Below, one piece after another: positions 38,781-49,588 of a stretch of DNA of 64,000 nt. A program made the position numbers and the translations under genes. The stretch lies in the IMG/VR virus record IMGVR_UViG_3300001528_000425, positions 32,001-96,000 of that record, one strand, 5' to 3'. Under the pieces are notes generated by a model, which was not told the origin of the DNA, ran no database searches, and was given only the letters and a program-made list of their open reading frames with translations. Position 1 is the first letter of the stretch; every line of letters starts with the position of its first letter. Source of the stretch: a virus (lineage: Duplodnaviria > Caudoviricetes).

Positions 38781-40991
38781 ATGCTACAAATGAATCTTGC
38801 GTTCAAGGAGTTAATCAACTTCTTGAATTCGACAACGATTAAGAATACCTATTTCGCTAACTACTTGTTAGCCAATCAGGTAGATTCGAGGTGTCGCTCC
38901 TTACTTCCTGAGCGGTACAATCCGTATTACAAACATATTCTCGGAGAATACATTCTTTCTGAGGATTATCACGGAGTAGGGAACGACCCAACGTTCATTT
39001 CTTCCTCTATCCAAATGAGTGACGGCTCTGTATGGTACAATAAGCACGTCTATACTCAGTTCGATGAAGTGATGATTATCACTTCGTTGGATACTGGAGA
39101 AGAAATTGCCTTTACCAAGGAAAACCTCCATGGGTCTGGCAACCATAAGAAGACCTTAGCAGCATATCGTTTACCGAGTCGTTACTATGAACTCCTCTGT
39201 GAGCGTTATCCTCTGCAGGTAGATCTTATTAAGGCTATAGTATATCCGGTTCCCTCTACTGAAATACAGATAGAGGAACTTTTGGAAGCTCCCAACTATA
39301 CGCTTCTCCAGTACGATGAATCCTTATTGAACGCCAATGAAAGAACTTCTCTGATCGCTCGTTTGCAGACGGCATTGGAAGTCATCAAGGTACGCTGGGA
39401 TGTTCCAGAATACGCATTCGAAGATGGATATCCCATTGCCTATTGGGGAGTGATTTGGAATGCCTTGTTGTTGCAGCTGCTAGCTCAGAGACAGCAGAAC
39501 ATTCGCACTCCGAAAGCTCACCCGGTACATATCTGGGAATACCTTCAGTCTAACGGACTGGAAGGTTATCGAGGCGTCTTGTCTTCTACTCAGGAGATGT
39601 GGCTGTACCGCAATCTTCGATATCTTAAGAAGAATCGCGGTAAGCATCACGTTCTCATCAAACTGATCGAGAATATCTTGAATGAAAGTGGAATTACTGC
39701 AACAACCAAAACTGCGGTTTTAAACACTGAGGATATCTTGGATCATGGCTATAAAGCCACTCCAGAGATCCTCACTGAACCACTGGACAGCGATCAGATC
39801 ATCAGTTTGCCGGCTACACAGGAATCCCTTGAAACTGTGATCTCGAAAGAACACAAAGAAGGTCTGGAACCTGTGTTCAATGAGGACGTGGTGGAAGAGC
39901 AACGAGATATCTTGACCCATATGGGATCAACTTATCTTCCCACCAAACTGATCGAATTGAGTAGGATCTTATTCAATACAAGGTACTACGACCTCTTCTG
40001 TTTGTTGGCTACTGACACCATCCTGGCTATGGTGTCTAGGTTGCAACAGAACAACGTCATCTATCGGTTCATGGTGAATACGGACGGGACTGAATTGGTT
40101 CTTGACATGGGAGAGATGGTTGCGTTATTGTACTATACGACTCTCTGTGAGATCGGAGATCCAAGAGCGATCGCAGATGATGGATCGCTGATCACGGATG
40201 TAACGATTCCGTCCAAGTCTTATCTGGACATTGTGTTCAACTTCCATAAGCCAGAGATACCGAAAACACTCACCTGGCATCCATGGCACCGCGGGCAACG
40301 TGCCGAAGACAAAGATATCGTATACACGTATCCTCTGGATCGGTTCATCGATGTGGACGACATGCTCCAAGATTACATCAATCTTGATAGAGTCGATCTT
40401 CCATCAGAAGTTGGATCATACATCCAGACTATGTTCTTGATGATGAAACGACATCAGACATATGCTTGTGGAGTTGGTGACTATCACACCAACAAAGCAG
40501 TTGATGTGGTTTACCAAGCTGTACTGCAACCTGGTTGGGTAGAGTTTGAGCTGGTTCCAGATGAGAAAACCTATACCGACTGGTTCGGTGTAAACAAGGA
40601 GCTCGGGAACTACATCAGAACACTCAAGATGCAAGAAGATTTTAAATCAGCGATTTCCAGTCTTGGAACTATGCTGATCGATCAGCTGTTGCAAGGGTGT
40701 GATCTGGCTTATGTCCGAGGGAACATCGATGATACCAAGTATCTTAAATTGAAGCAATTGGTCATCAAGCTGTGCAGCTACAACATTGCCTTCATGGATA
40801 CACAGTCTCAAACAAATACCTCCAGAACATCCGTTCCTATTGTCATGGGGACTCACAGTCGTGAAACCGAAGTCACCAGATATTTCTTCATGAATCGTCC
40901 TAATCAGAGGACTGTCAGGAAGGATACTGAAGTGACACGTAAACAAACGATGTCGCTGGTTGTCAATCGTGTTGTGGAAGAAACCAACTAA
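38781..40991 (+). CDS. Virion structural protein (phiKZ gp128-like, baseplate region)
   Basis: YYKHILGEY, HIWEYLQS.GL, WLYRNLRYL..NRGK, LCSYNI motifs. Confidence 0.7.
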   Translation: MLQMNLAFKELINFLNSTTIKNTYFANYLLANQVDSRCRSLLPERYNPYYKHILGEYILSEDYHGVGNDPTFISSSIQMSDGSVWYNKHVYTQFDEVMIITSLDTGEEIAFTKENLHGSGNHKKTLAAYRLPSRYYELLCERYPLQVDLIKAIVYPVPSTEIQIEELLEAPNYTLLQYDESLLNANERTSLIARLQTALEVIKVRWDVPEYAFEDGYPIAYWGVIWNALLLQLLAQRQQNIRTPKAHPVHIWEYLQSNGLEGYRGVLSSTQEMWLYRNLRYLKKNRGKHHVLIKLIENILNESGITATTKTAVLNTEDILDHGYKATPEILTEPLDSDQIISLPATQESLETVISKEHKEGLEPVFNEDVVEEQRDILTHMGSTYLPTKLIELSRILFNTRYYDLFCLLATDTILAMVSRLQQNNVIYRFMVNTDGTELVLDMGEMVALLYYTTLCEIGDPRAIADDGSLITDVTIPSKSYLDIVFNFHKPEIPKTLTWHPWHRGQRAEDKDIVYTYPLDRFIDVDDMLQDYINLDRVDLPSEVGSYIQTMFLMMKRHQTYACGVGDYHTNKAVDVVYQAVLQPGWVEFELVPDEKTYTDWFGVNKELGNYIRTLKMQEDFKSAISSLGTMLIDQLLQGCDLAYVRGNIDDTKYLKLKQLVIKLCSYNIAFMDTQSQTNTSRTSVPIVMGTHSRETEVTRYFFMNRPNQRTVRKDTEVTRKQTMSLVVNRVVEETN

Positions 40992-41009
40992 CTTTCAAAA
41001 GGAGAATAT

Positions 41010-41849
41010 ATGGCTAACGGATCTATCCTTCGTACGTCGAATACAGTGATCACTGGTTTCGGGGTATTGAATCAGTTCCATGGTGCGCTGGACGCTACCT
41101 ATGTGGTGCGTCTGGATACTACCATCAACTTCAAACGGAAATGCTTTCCGGATCTTCGTCCTACGAAGATTCCAGTTGTCCGGTATTTCGGGATCGGGAT
41201 CAACGGTTTCGTCAACACCGACGATGCCAACATGAGTGAACCGTATCTGCCTTCACCGCAGAACCTCGACCTTTACGAGCCGATTCCGTTCAGATGCATT
41301 CCGGTGGACGAAGATGAAGCATTCGCTGCGGAACGCGAAGCCAAAGGTTACCGCATGCGCGTCAAAGAAACCATCAATGGCCAGCAATACTGGTGTTACT
41401 ATCTGAAGAAGATCGAATGGGTCGATACTTCTCCGAAGTTCACCATGGTGGATGGCGATGACCACGAGATTCCGTATGAGATCGATTCAACTGCGAATCT
41501 CTCTCCGACTCCCTCTCGTCCCACTGACACCAGCATCATCAATGCTTCCACCAATCGAATCATTGTGTCGATGAACGGTATTATGACGATTCTCGGTTCG
41601 GAGGTTTCGGAAGTGGTCAATCTCAAATACGGCAACGCTCGCAGAGCTATGATCTCCGAAATCGGCACTTACACTGGTGAAGAGCGTCAGATCCGTCCGG
41701 AACAAGAAGGCGGTGATATCGAGTACATGGAAGCTGTCTATGTACAGTTGGCTTCTCACCGGTGCTGGAGAGGACAGGATATGAGTGATCCTTCCTACAA
41801 GCACGTAGAACGTCAGGTGTTCGAAAATGGCAGCTGCATTCTCGTTTAA
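41010..41849 (+). CDS. Virion structural protein (phiKZ gp127-like)
   Basis: YFGIGING, LYEPIPF, YYLKKI, ISEIG motifs. Confidence 0.7.
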   Translation: MANGSILRTSNTVITGFGVLNQFHGALDATYVVRLDTTINFKRKCFPDLRPTKIPVVRYFGIGINGFVNTDDANMSEPYLPSPQNLDLYEPIPFRCIPVDEDEAFAAEREAKGYRMRVKETINGQQYWCYYLKKIEWVDTSPKFTMVDGDDHEIPYEIDSTANLSPTPSRPTDTSIINASTNRIIVSMNGIMTILGSEVSEVVNLKYGNARRAMISEIGTYTGEERQIRPEQEGGDIEYMEAVYVQLASHRCWRGQDMSDPSYKHVERQVFENGSCILV

Positions 41850-41871
41850 CGATTAAAAACAAAAAGAGTAC

Positions 41872-41905
41872 GATCATGCCCCGGCCCTAGGGCCGGGGCA
41901 TGATC
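41872..41905. terminator. Perfect palindrome, bidirectional terminator
   Basis: gatcatgccccggccct|agggccggggcatgatc. Confidence 0.75.
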
Positions 41906-41926
41906 TATTTGATAGTGTTATTTGAG

Positions 41927-43576
41927 TTATACAGTACCGTACCAGGCGCGAGAATCCGCGGTAATTCCGAGACCCGCTTTCCAATCAATCGCACGATCGT
42001 GAACGATCAGATCGATGGATACGTTCTTGTGAGTCTTGGCAATCGGAGATTTCTCTCCGAACAGCTGGATCACAAAGAACGAGAGATTGAACGGTTGTTT
42101 CTGCAGGATCGTGGGAACCAGCGAACCGTTCTCTTTGAGTTTGAACATGGAATACGCCGGAAGGTCGGTCTCAACCGTCACCTTCTGTTCGAGATAAACC
42201 GTGTATTCCGATTCGAAACGCTTGACGGCGTTATCGAACTCGAGTTTGGCATTCTGAGCACCTTCCGTTGAAGTTCCAGTCGAACTAAGTTCTCTCTTCT
42301 TCAGATAGAGCGCCGCGAGGTCTTGTGTCGGGACAAAACTTCCGTCCGCCTTTTCAATAAACCGGGGGAGCAGTTTACTGTAGAGCAGACATTCGACGAA
42401 CTCTTTCGGAGAGATAACCAGCTGATCCAGGGTACGGAAGGTGTGTTGAAACTGATCAACACATGCATCATTCAATGCCTGGTTGAAGTTAAACACGACT
42501 GAATGCAGCTTCTTGATGGTTTCATCCTGAGTGCTTTCATCTCCCAGTTTGATGATACCATTCAAGTTTTCCACCTGCAACGACAGCGCCAGATGTTCCT
42601 TATCAGTCAGTCTTCCGTACGAGATGTAACGGTTGAATCGCTGAGTCAGGAACCGATCGAACGCATCCGCTGGGCCTCGTTTCTCGTTTTCCAGAGCACT
42701 GAGAACCACAGGGAGACATCCGAGCTTGGAGTCTCGTTTGGTAACATCCTCCATATTCCGTCGAATCGTTCTCGAGATCTCCAAGAACTTCTCCTTGGCG
42801 ATCGGAACCACGATAGGCGACACGAACGAATAGGTGATGAACTTGTGATGACCGCGAAGACAGGCCGGAATCGACATTACAGCGGAACGAATCTCATCGA
42901 TGCAGGAATACCTGATATCCGTACAGGTGATGGCGATGCAGTTGACCAGTTCCTCACCAGCTTGATACAGCGTAGAGGAGACTTTGAACCGCCCGTTCGG
43001 ATCTTCCACGAAGATCCCGTCTTCGATCGGAGTCGGATCGACATAGGACGGAGGAGCCTGTTGTGCAGGGATTGCTCCATTACTGGCTACAACAGTGTTG
43101 TTGGCCACGGGAGCTTGCTGCTGAGCAACCTGCTGCTGTTGAGGAGCAATTTGCTGTCTCTGACCACCACCACCCCACGGGTCCATCGTCGACCAGTCAC
43201 ACTGCGCCAGCTGCTGGAATCCCATCGGCTGCTGTACGCCATAACCGGCCCCTGGAGCTCCGAACATTGTGTTCTGTCCATATCCGATCATCATCTGCTG
43301 TGGCCGCTGTTGCTGCATCATGGACATGGCGATGTTCCTTGCTTTCGGAAGGAAATGCTGTTGCATGTCATATGTGATGTCCTGAGTCGTGATAGCACGT
43401 CCCACATGTCGTCCGATCATGAATCGAATATAGTTGCCTTTCTCGTGCGTCCAGATCTGAGAGACGAGCTGTGCCTCGATCTCCGACATACCGTGATACT
43501 GTTTCGCATAGGTCAACAGATCAGGAAGCGCCCGATCTGCGGCTGCAAGACAGCTTTGCATTTCTTCTTGTGTCAT
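41927..43576 (-). CDS. Hypothetical protein with a Q/G/M-rich low-complexity linker
   Basis: 549 aa, directly downstream of the RNAP beta fragment. Confidence 0.8.
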   Translation of the reverse strand: MTQEEMQSCLAAADRALPDLLTYAKQYHGMSEIEAQLVSQIWTHEKGNYIRFMIGRHVGRAITTQDITYDMQQHFLPKARNIAMSMMQQQRPQQMMIGYGQNTMFGAPGAGYGVQQPMGFQQLAQCDWSTMDPWGGGGQRQQIAPQQQQVAQQQAPVANNTVVASNGAIPAQQAPPSYVDPTPIEDGIFVEDPNGRFKVSSTLYQAGEELVNCIAITCTDIRYSCIDEIRSAVMSIPACLRGHHKFITYSFVSPIVVPIAKEKFLEISRTIRRNMEDVTKRDSKLGCLPVVLSALENEKRGPADAFDRFLTQRFNRYISYGRLTDKEHLALSLQVENLNGIIKLGDESTQDETIKKLHSVVFNFNQALNDACVDQFQHTFRTLDQLVISPKEFVECLLYSKLLPRFIEKADGSFVPTQDLAALYLKKRELSSTGTSTEGAQNAKLEFDNAVKRFESEYTVYLEQKVTVETDLPAYSMFKLKENGSLVPTILQKQPFNLSFFVIQLFGEKSPIAKTHKNVSIDLIVHDRAIDWKAGLGITADSRAWYGTV

Positions 43577-43619
43577 TTACTTTCTCCTGTTAGTGTATGA
43601 TTGGTGGTGAATGATAGTG

Positions 43620-45209
43620 TTATCTGTAGACGTCTTCGATCTCATCCGCATAATCAGGTTTGATGATATTTCCATCTGTATCGATTTGTACAAATGGATT
43701 CATCGATCCTGTTACGATCGGAGATGAGGAGGGAATGTCCAATACAGACGATACTGACAAATGACTTGGATGCGCCTTGATCAAGTTCGCTGCCACTTTG
43801 GTAGATTTCTTACCGGAGCGTCTCGCTTCGGTTTCGATACTCTCCAGTGATAGGAACCGTTTCAGTCCGATCCCGAGCAACCAGTTGTCATTGTACAGAG
43901 TTGGATTCGGTCGAAGAACTGTTGTCTTACCGATCCACGTCGCCTGCTGACTGGCAGACCGAACGAACTTCGTTACTGCCTTAGGAGTCAGTTCCTCCTG
44001 CTTGCTGTTGATGATCCGATACTGACGAATTGCAATATCACGTACCACCCAACTCATGATCTGGTCCAGTGAACCAAGTTTCTTGTCATACAAGTTGGTC
44101 GGATCGTACGTGACGAGCAGATCGTCGATGTTGTAGAACACCCAATACAGCAGATCGTAGATATCGTTGACATGGATATTTACGTTGGCGAGTTGTTTCT
44201 TTGCTACGGAATCGAGCAATGGGTCTGTCATACGCAGATGTTTCTCCGCGTTATTGTACAGAAGCATGTTGGTTCTCGAATCCGCAGCACCGATATACTT
44301 GCCGAGCGTCACCTTGTAATAAGAAGGATCGGATGACATCACATCCGATATCTTGAACACGGAGTTCTCGGCATAGAGTTTCAAAAGAGACAGGATGACT
44401 CGCCGTTTGTGCATGTCTTTCATGGAGGACTTCAACACGCTGAGATACAAACCATTCTTGAGCATGAAATATTCACGTTCAATGACTTGCACTCCGCTCT
44501 TCTGGAGTCTCTGTTTTTCCTTCTCATCCGGTGAAGGTGGCACCACTCCTGTGATTTCCACTTCTCCAGGGGCGAAGTGATACTTCGCCATCGTGACAGG
44601 GAATCCGTACTTACACAGATGATAGAGGATCAACGGAATCCGTTCCGCTTTCTTACCACCTTTGGTGCCCATGTAGATCTTAGCCGTCACGACGATATCC
44701 CAGTAAGGATTACCAGATATCGCTCGTACCTTACATTTATCCGACTCTCGCCTACCGAATGGCATGGGAACTCGCATCACCTTGACGATAACAGTACCAG
44801 AATCTGTTCGATTGATACCACCTTTCTCCACAATCGGAAACTGCGGATAATAGTCCGTGTTGTTGTATACAACACGATCGTGGAACAGATACGGAACTGC
44901 GTGATGCATGTAATAAGGCATCCCATCGAATTCGAATTCATAACGAAGGATCTTAACTTCGCTGTGACGAATCGGGATGCCTCCTCTGAGGATCGGATTT
45001 GAAACGATGTATTCGATTCGTTCTTCAGGTGTCAGTGCACGATACCCGACATATCGCATCTGATTTCCGAAGAACTCCATGGACTGCTTGAGCACACTGT
45101 CCAGATACAACTCGATATCATCCAGTTTTTCCTTTCGGAAATCGTAGATCATATAGTCGTTGAATTTGGGTAGTTGCTCCTGTAGCTTGCCCATCAGTTC
45201 ATTCCACAT
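43620..45209 (-). CDS. Non-virion RNA polymerase beta subunit, N-terminal part (phiKZ gp123-like)
   Basis: NLYDKKL and C-terminal HPS...GSMNPF matching the beta HxSxxG region; synteny. Confidence 0.75.
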   Translation of the reverse strand: MWNELMGKLQEQLPKFNDYMIYDFRKEKLDDIELYLDSVLKQSMEFFGNQMRYVGYRALTPEERIEYIVSNPILRGGIPIRHSEVKILRYEFEFDGMPYYMHHAVPYLFHDRVVYNNTDYYPQFPIVEKGGINRTDSGTVIVKVMRVPMPFGRRESDKCKVRAISGNPYWDIVVTAKIYMGTKGGKKAERIPLILYHLCKYGFPVTMAKYHFAPGEVEITGVVPPSPDEKEKQRLQKSGVQVIEREYFMLKNGLYLSVLKSSMKDMHKRRVILSLLKLYAENSVFKISDVMSSDPSYYKVTLGKYIGAADSRTNMLLYNNAEKHLRMTDPLLDSVAKKQLANVNIHVNDIYDLLYWVFYNIDDLLVTYDPTNLYDKKLGSLDQIMSWVVRDIAIRQYRIINSKQEELTPKAVTKFVRSASQQATWIGKTTVLRPNPTLYNDNWLLGIGLKRFLSLESIETEARRSGKKSTKVAANLIKAHPSHLSVSSVLDIPSSSPIVTGSMNPFVQIDTDGNIIKPDYADEIEDVYR

Positions 45210-45234
45210 AGTGTACTACTCCCCCGCTGCGGTA

Positions 45235-46407
45235 TCAAACCGCAGCTTTTACGGTTAACTTTTTCCCACTGAGGAATTTCGTTAAGACGAAGCTCAGGAT
45301 CGCAACTGCCGCTGTACCGATAATCTTAAGCCAGGTTCCTGTGGCTTTTGCTTTCTCGATACTTGCTGCAGCGCGTTCTTTCTCAACACGCGCATCTGCT
45401 TCTTGCAGGATCTTTCTGCTCTTATCGAATTCAATTTGAGCTTCATGGATCTGCTTCCAGGATTGAACCTGTGCTTCAGCAGCTTGTTTCGCTTGCATCT
45501 CTTCTTCCAACTTATTCTTCAGCTTCTTAACTTCAAGCGCATTCCTTTCTTTCTCCGCAGCCATCTCAGCTTTCGCTTGAGCAGAGGCTGCGTCGAGTCT
45601 CTGTTTCAAGTCGTCCACTTTGCGCTGGTGGAGTTCCATTGGAATGGCATTTACCCCATCTGTAAGTGCAGGTTCTCTGGTCCAATTGTCAGTGTCCACC
45701 GAGAGTTTATCGGAGAGTTCCTCTTTGGTTCTCGCCAGATAATACACGGCTCCATTTCGAAGCTGACACGGGACACCGGAATCCAATATAGAGAGATCAA
45801 GGTGGGATTCATTAATGATCTCACTCCCTTGTTTCACTACAATAAAGATTCCATCTTCCTGCCCAGAACAGTTCGTTACAGTCACCCTACAGAAAGCTCC
45901 ACCGATATACGCCCAGCATTCCCGCATTAAACCGGATCGGTCATTTGCAAATACTCGGACGGTAGGTACCAGTCTTGCATCCAACAAGTCATCCAATTCC
46001 GTGAAATCGGCAACTCGCTTGGCGTAGGTATATTCCGCAGAAGCTGGATGCTTTGCGGTGCTGGCATGGAACTTTGTGCAGAGAACCATATCGATCTCTT
46101 TGATAAAGACAGGACCATCTTTCAACAGTCGAACTGGAATCAAGATGGATTCACCGGGAACTTGTTTGTCTTGTTGTGACTTGAGATCATATCGTTCATC
46201 ACCGTTCGCTTCACGACGAATGATCTCGATTTTGGCCGAGTAACTCGGCGCTGATCCGATAGAACGAATTTCCGTTCTGTTGTTGAACCGATCAATCGCG
46301 AAGATCGCATCACAACAATCCGTTGTGATAATCATTTCCTTGTAGAGTCCAACCTGATAATAATCAATTGGACCCATCTTAAAACTGGTGCGCTTAATCT
46401 CGTCCAT
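45235..46407 (-). CDS. Coiled-coil, C-terminally membrane-anchored protein
   Basis: Coiled coil followed by TM WLKIIGTAAVAILSFVL; upstream of the nvRNAP gene. Confidence 0.75.
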   Translation of the reverse strand: MDEIKRTSFKMGPIDYYQVGLYKEMIITTDCCDAIFAIDRFNNRTEIRSIGSAPSYSAKIEIIRREANGDERYDLKSQQDKQVPGESILIPVRLLKDGPVFIKEIDMVLCTKFHASTAKHPASAEYTYAKRVADFTELDDLLDARLVPTVRVFANDRSGLMRECWAYIGGAFCRVTVTNCSGQEDGIFIVVKQGSEIINESHLDLSILDSGVPCQLRNGAVYYLARTKEELSDKLSVDTDNWTREPALTDGVNAIPMELHQRKVDDLKQRLDAASAQAKAEMAAEKERNALEVKKLKNKLEEEMQAKQAAEAQVQSWKQIHEAQIEFDKSRKILQEADARVEKERAAASIEKAKATGTWLKIIGTAAVAILSFVLTKFLSGKKLTVKAAV

Positions 46408-46446
46408 TTAAATTTCTCCTACGTATAGTTTTGTTCTTTCAAGTAA

Positions 46447-46454
46447 GTAATATA
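46447..46454 (-). promoter_or_regulatory. Early promoter driving the nvRNAP-containing operon
   Basis: TTTCAGGAATATATTAC-N5-TGAA. Confidence 0.75.
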
Positions 46455-46526
46455 TTCCTGAAATCATCATCACCATTCGCAAGGCAAATTAATACATATA
46501 GTAGGGGATGAAAATAATAAAATACA

Positions 46527-46558
46527 CACCAGTCTGGAGGTCATCCTCCAGACTGGTG
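46527..46558 (-). terminator. Intrinsic terminator
   Basis: caccagtctggagg/cctccagactggtg plus T-tract. Confidence 0.75.
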
Positions 46559-46569
46559 ATATGTGTGGA

Positions 46570-47907
46570 TTACAAGAATTTACTTGCTTCTGTTTTTCCA
46601 AGCTGAGACTCCAGCATCTTCCTGGTGAGGTCGTTCATATTGGCAGAATCAGCAGCAGCTTTACCTATCTTACTCAACTTCATGCTGAGTGCACTGGCTT
46701 GTTTCAGTCCATCCTGAATCTTGTTCATACTCTGACCCGCGATACCGCCGGCATTCTTTACTACGGAAGCCAGATCTCCAGTGGACAGACCATTGAAATT
46801 GACCGACTTCTTAAGATCGATAGCCGATTTCATTGTAGCGTATCCGAGAAAGTTGTCAGGAACTGAAGCCTGGATCAACTGCTTCCCATCAATACCGATC
46901 GATTTAGTGATCTTATCAAGACTTGCCACAGTACTGCTATTCGATACCAAACTGCTAGTCAGAGTATCGAACTGTCCCTTTGCAAGTCCTTTCATATCAC
47001 CATTGATGGCAGCATCGGTCAGCTGATTGAATAATGCCGCATTGCCGGATTGGGCAGTTTGTACCATAGTGGTAAGGTTACCTTCTACTGTGGAGATAAC
47101 TCCCATACCACCAAGCAGGAAATCCATTGGACTATCCGCATTCGCCAACCCCTGCATCGCCATCTCTCGCTTCTTACCCGGGCAATCGATGATCATGTCA
47201 GCTGCGGTTCCATTCCCACTATTTAGCGCATCACCGAGATGGTCATTCATGGAATCATTACCGAACAGTTTCTTGATAAGACCATCCGGAGACAGCTTCA
47301 TCCTTGAGAAGTTGCAGGCTGTGCATTCAAAGTAGGGTTTGGATTTACAGATCTCGTAAATACCATCGGCTACTTCGTTTTGATTTTTTATCAGATCTGT
47401 CCACCTCAGACTGGAGACGCGGTCGATAGCAGATGTGGCAAATCTCTTTGCCGCTTCCGATGCATCAAGAGCCAAATGCCTGGCAGCGGAGTGGTTCCAG
47501 TCGTCTTGCAGACGTTCCATCCAATCCATGTCGTAACGTTCAAGCTCACGGATCTCATCCATGAGATCTCCGTTCTTGGGATCAAACGGACCTGCTCCAG
47601 CATTTGCTCGAAGTTCTTTCTTCAACTCCTGGATTCGAGCTTTTCTTTCCTCCAGGGTATCAGGAATCTTACTGACAGTCTCAGCTGCCTTGGATTCGAT
47701 GGATTTCAACTGTTCCTTACTCATGGTAGTAACAGTTGTGAAGGTACCTTTCTCTACTTGATTCCCTCCGCTGGGTGCGGATTTGGGAACAAGCTTAGCT
47801 CCATACGTCACTTGATTTGGAGTATTGGAGTTTAAGGTACCGGTCATGCCGCCAGTCATGGCAGCGAAATCGATAGGCATGGTACCCTCCTTAGATGTTG
47901 TTTTCAA
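46570..47907 (-). CDS. Hypothetical protein (probable start MPIDFAA)
   Basis: About 435 aa, G/A/S-rich helical; aggagg RBS before the second Met. Confidence 0.75.
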   Translation of the reverse strand: MKTTSKEGTMPIDFAAMTGGMTGTLNSNTPNQVTYGAKLVPKSAPSGGNQVEKGTFTTVTTMSKEQLKSIESKAAETVSKIPDTLEERKARIQELKKELRANAGAGPFDPKNGDLMDEIRELERYDMDWMERLQDDWNHSAARHLALDASEAAKRFATSAIDRVSSLRWTDLIKNQNEVADGIYEICKSKPYFECTACNFSRMKLSPDGLIKKLFGNDSMNDHLGDALNSGNGTAADMIIDCPGKKREMAMQGLANADSPMDFLLGGMGVISTVEGNLTTMVQTAQSGNAALFNQLTDAAINGDMKGLAKGQFDTLTSSLVSNSSTVASLDKITKSIGIDGKQLIQASVPDNFLGYATMKSAIDLKKSVNFNGLSTGDLASVVKNAGGIAGQSMNKIQDGLKQASALSMKLSKIGKAAADSANMNDLTRKMLESQLGKTEASKFL

Positions 47908-49588
47908 GCAAGACGGATCGGAACAGTACTCCGGCGATCACGGAAGCTCTGCTTCTGGTGGAAGGATCGAGTTGATCGATAGCTACCTCTCCAGTCTCTT
48001 CCAACTGTCTCTTGAAATCCCCATAAGCGTTCAAGTCTCCACCACGTACCCGAACGAACTCTTCCAGCACTTTGGATAATCCTCGAGTATGAAGCGCACG
48101 CATCTCAACCGTAGAAATAGAACAAGCTTTGTCTGGACCAGTGACCTGTCCGGTCAACGCATCGATGTGCACGTCACTCTGAGGTACACTGAGTTTCTTG
48201 TCAACTTCCTGTTGAGCACGTCTGATCGGTATCTGCAGAACCATGTATTTCTCGTTAGTCAGGAACTTCCGTCCAGACACGGGATCTGGCAACCAGAGTT
48301 GATGCATGATCTTGTAGTCGGCTATCTTGGCCGCCTGGAAGATGTCATTCATCTTGAATGTCTTGACCATATTTGGCATAACAATATTCAGCTGGTATTT
48401 CTGTTCTTTCAGTAGATTCATGAACCTCGTGAACTCTTGGATAGACATGGGTTCGAGCATATCTCTGTAGCGCTTGCCGTTGTCTCCAGTTGGATCAAGT
48501 GTATCCATGATCTGAACGATCTTGTTGATGATCTTGGATTTCTTGAGTTCGGCTTTTTGAACCTGCATGGCTTCCATAGCGGGTTCAGCTTCATCGACTC
48601 GTACCGACAAAGCCTCCATTCCAGGAGCGACATCCTCTGGAAGATCATTTGTATCAAGAGCCTGCCGACTTTCCATGGAAGGATGTACAGACATAAACGA
48701 TTCGATCTTAGTCAAGAGACCTTGATACTTCGTCTTGTCCTTATTCATGTTCCAGCGACACCAGGAAGCCAGAGCTTCAAGTGATTCGACATGGAACGGA
48801 CAATTCTCAGTGATTGTCACTTCGGTGTGGTCGCACTTATCCATGAAATCAGATACCTGATCATTCCACAGAACCATGCAGAATCCTTCAGGTAAAATAG
48901 CTGCGTGTGTTCCAGGATAAAGCTGAGCATTTGGTACGGCACCGAACTCGATCACCTTATTCCAGAACAGATCTTCTCCTTTGATCAGGACATCCGCTCG
49001 ATAGACGACTGGAACGATGTTGTAGAACATCAGGGATGTTTCACCATGGAGAATGATCTTATCCCAATCTTCTCGATCGAAGTTCAATTCACACCATTCC
49101 GTCAATCGATCGTGATTGATGATACCTTTGTAAGTACCGAGAGAATTACGACAGTCAAACGGTAATTCCCTACAAATCTTTGGGAACCCGAGATCCGTCC
49201 CCCAATGATCGTAGTAGTACACATCCATCTTGATCATGTTAGGATGAGCCGGTACCGGCTCAGGACGATCTTTCCATATTCCCCATATCTTTCCGATATA
49301 AGGTGAAATGTTCATTTGCCGTGCGTGAATTCCCCAGAATCCGGCACGACACAAATAATGCGTGTACTTGTTGATATGTTCGGGTTGCGAGCAATACTCC
49401 ATCATGGCTTCCATCGTAAGGAAGCCGTATCGTTCTTCAGATGAAGCTGGATCGTACTTGACCGTACGAGTAGCCACTTCTCCAGGTGTAATGGGGATGA
49501 ACAATGGAATTCGACCCCCTGTCGCATCTGGATTCTCTTGCACGGAAACCTGAAAGCTTTCCAGCGCAATATCTTCTATATTAAACAT
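47891..49588 (-). CDS. Virion RNA polymerase beta C-terminal fragment (phiKZ gp149-like) with a long N-terminal extension
   Basis: C-terminal TGQVTG...SISTVEMRALHTRGL..VLEEF..RGGD resembles beta GEMEVWAL...LQE...SDD; multiple AxE/SxE/GxE sites. Confidence 0.75.
   Translation of the reverse strand: MFNIEDIALESFQVSVQENPDATGGRIPLFIPITPGEVATRTVKYDPASSEERYGFLTMEAMMEYCSQPEHINKYTHYLCRAGFWGIHARQMNISPYIGKIWGIWKDRPEPVPAHPNMIKMDVYYYDHWGTDLGFPKICRELPFDCRNSLGTYKGIINHDRLTEWCELNFDREDWDKIILHGETSLMFYNIVPVVYRADVLIKGEDLFWNKVIEFGAVPNAQLYPGTHAAILPEGFCMVLWNDQVSDFMDKCDHTEVTITENCPFHVESLEALASWCRWNMNKDKTKYQGLLTKIESFMSVHPSMESRQALDTNDLPEDVAPGMEALSVRVDEAEPAMEAMQVQKAELKKSKIINKIVQIMDTLDPTGDNGKRYRDMLEPMSIQEFTRFMNLLKEQKYQLNIVMPNMVKTFKMNDIFQAAKIADYKIMHQLWLPDPVSGRKFLTNEKYMVLQIPIRRAQQEVDKKLSVPQSDVHIDALTGQVTGPDKACSISTVEMRALHTRGLSKVLEEFVRVRGGDLNAYGDFKRQLEETGEVAIDQLDPSTRSRASVIAGVLFRSVLLENNI

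Noticed and set aside
42503-43600. 365-aa plus-strand ORF (also 26526..27500 and 57014..57979)
   Set aside because: Antisense shadows of well-supported minus-strand genes
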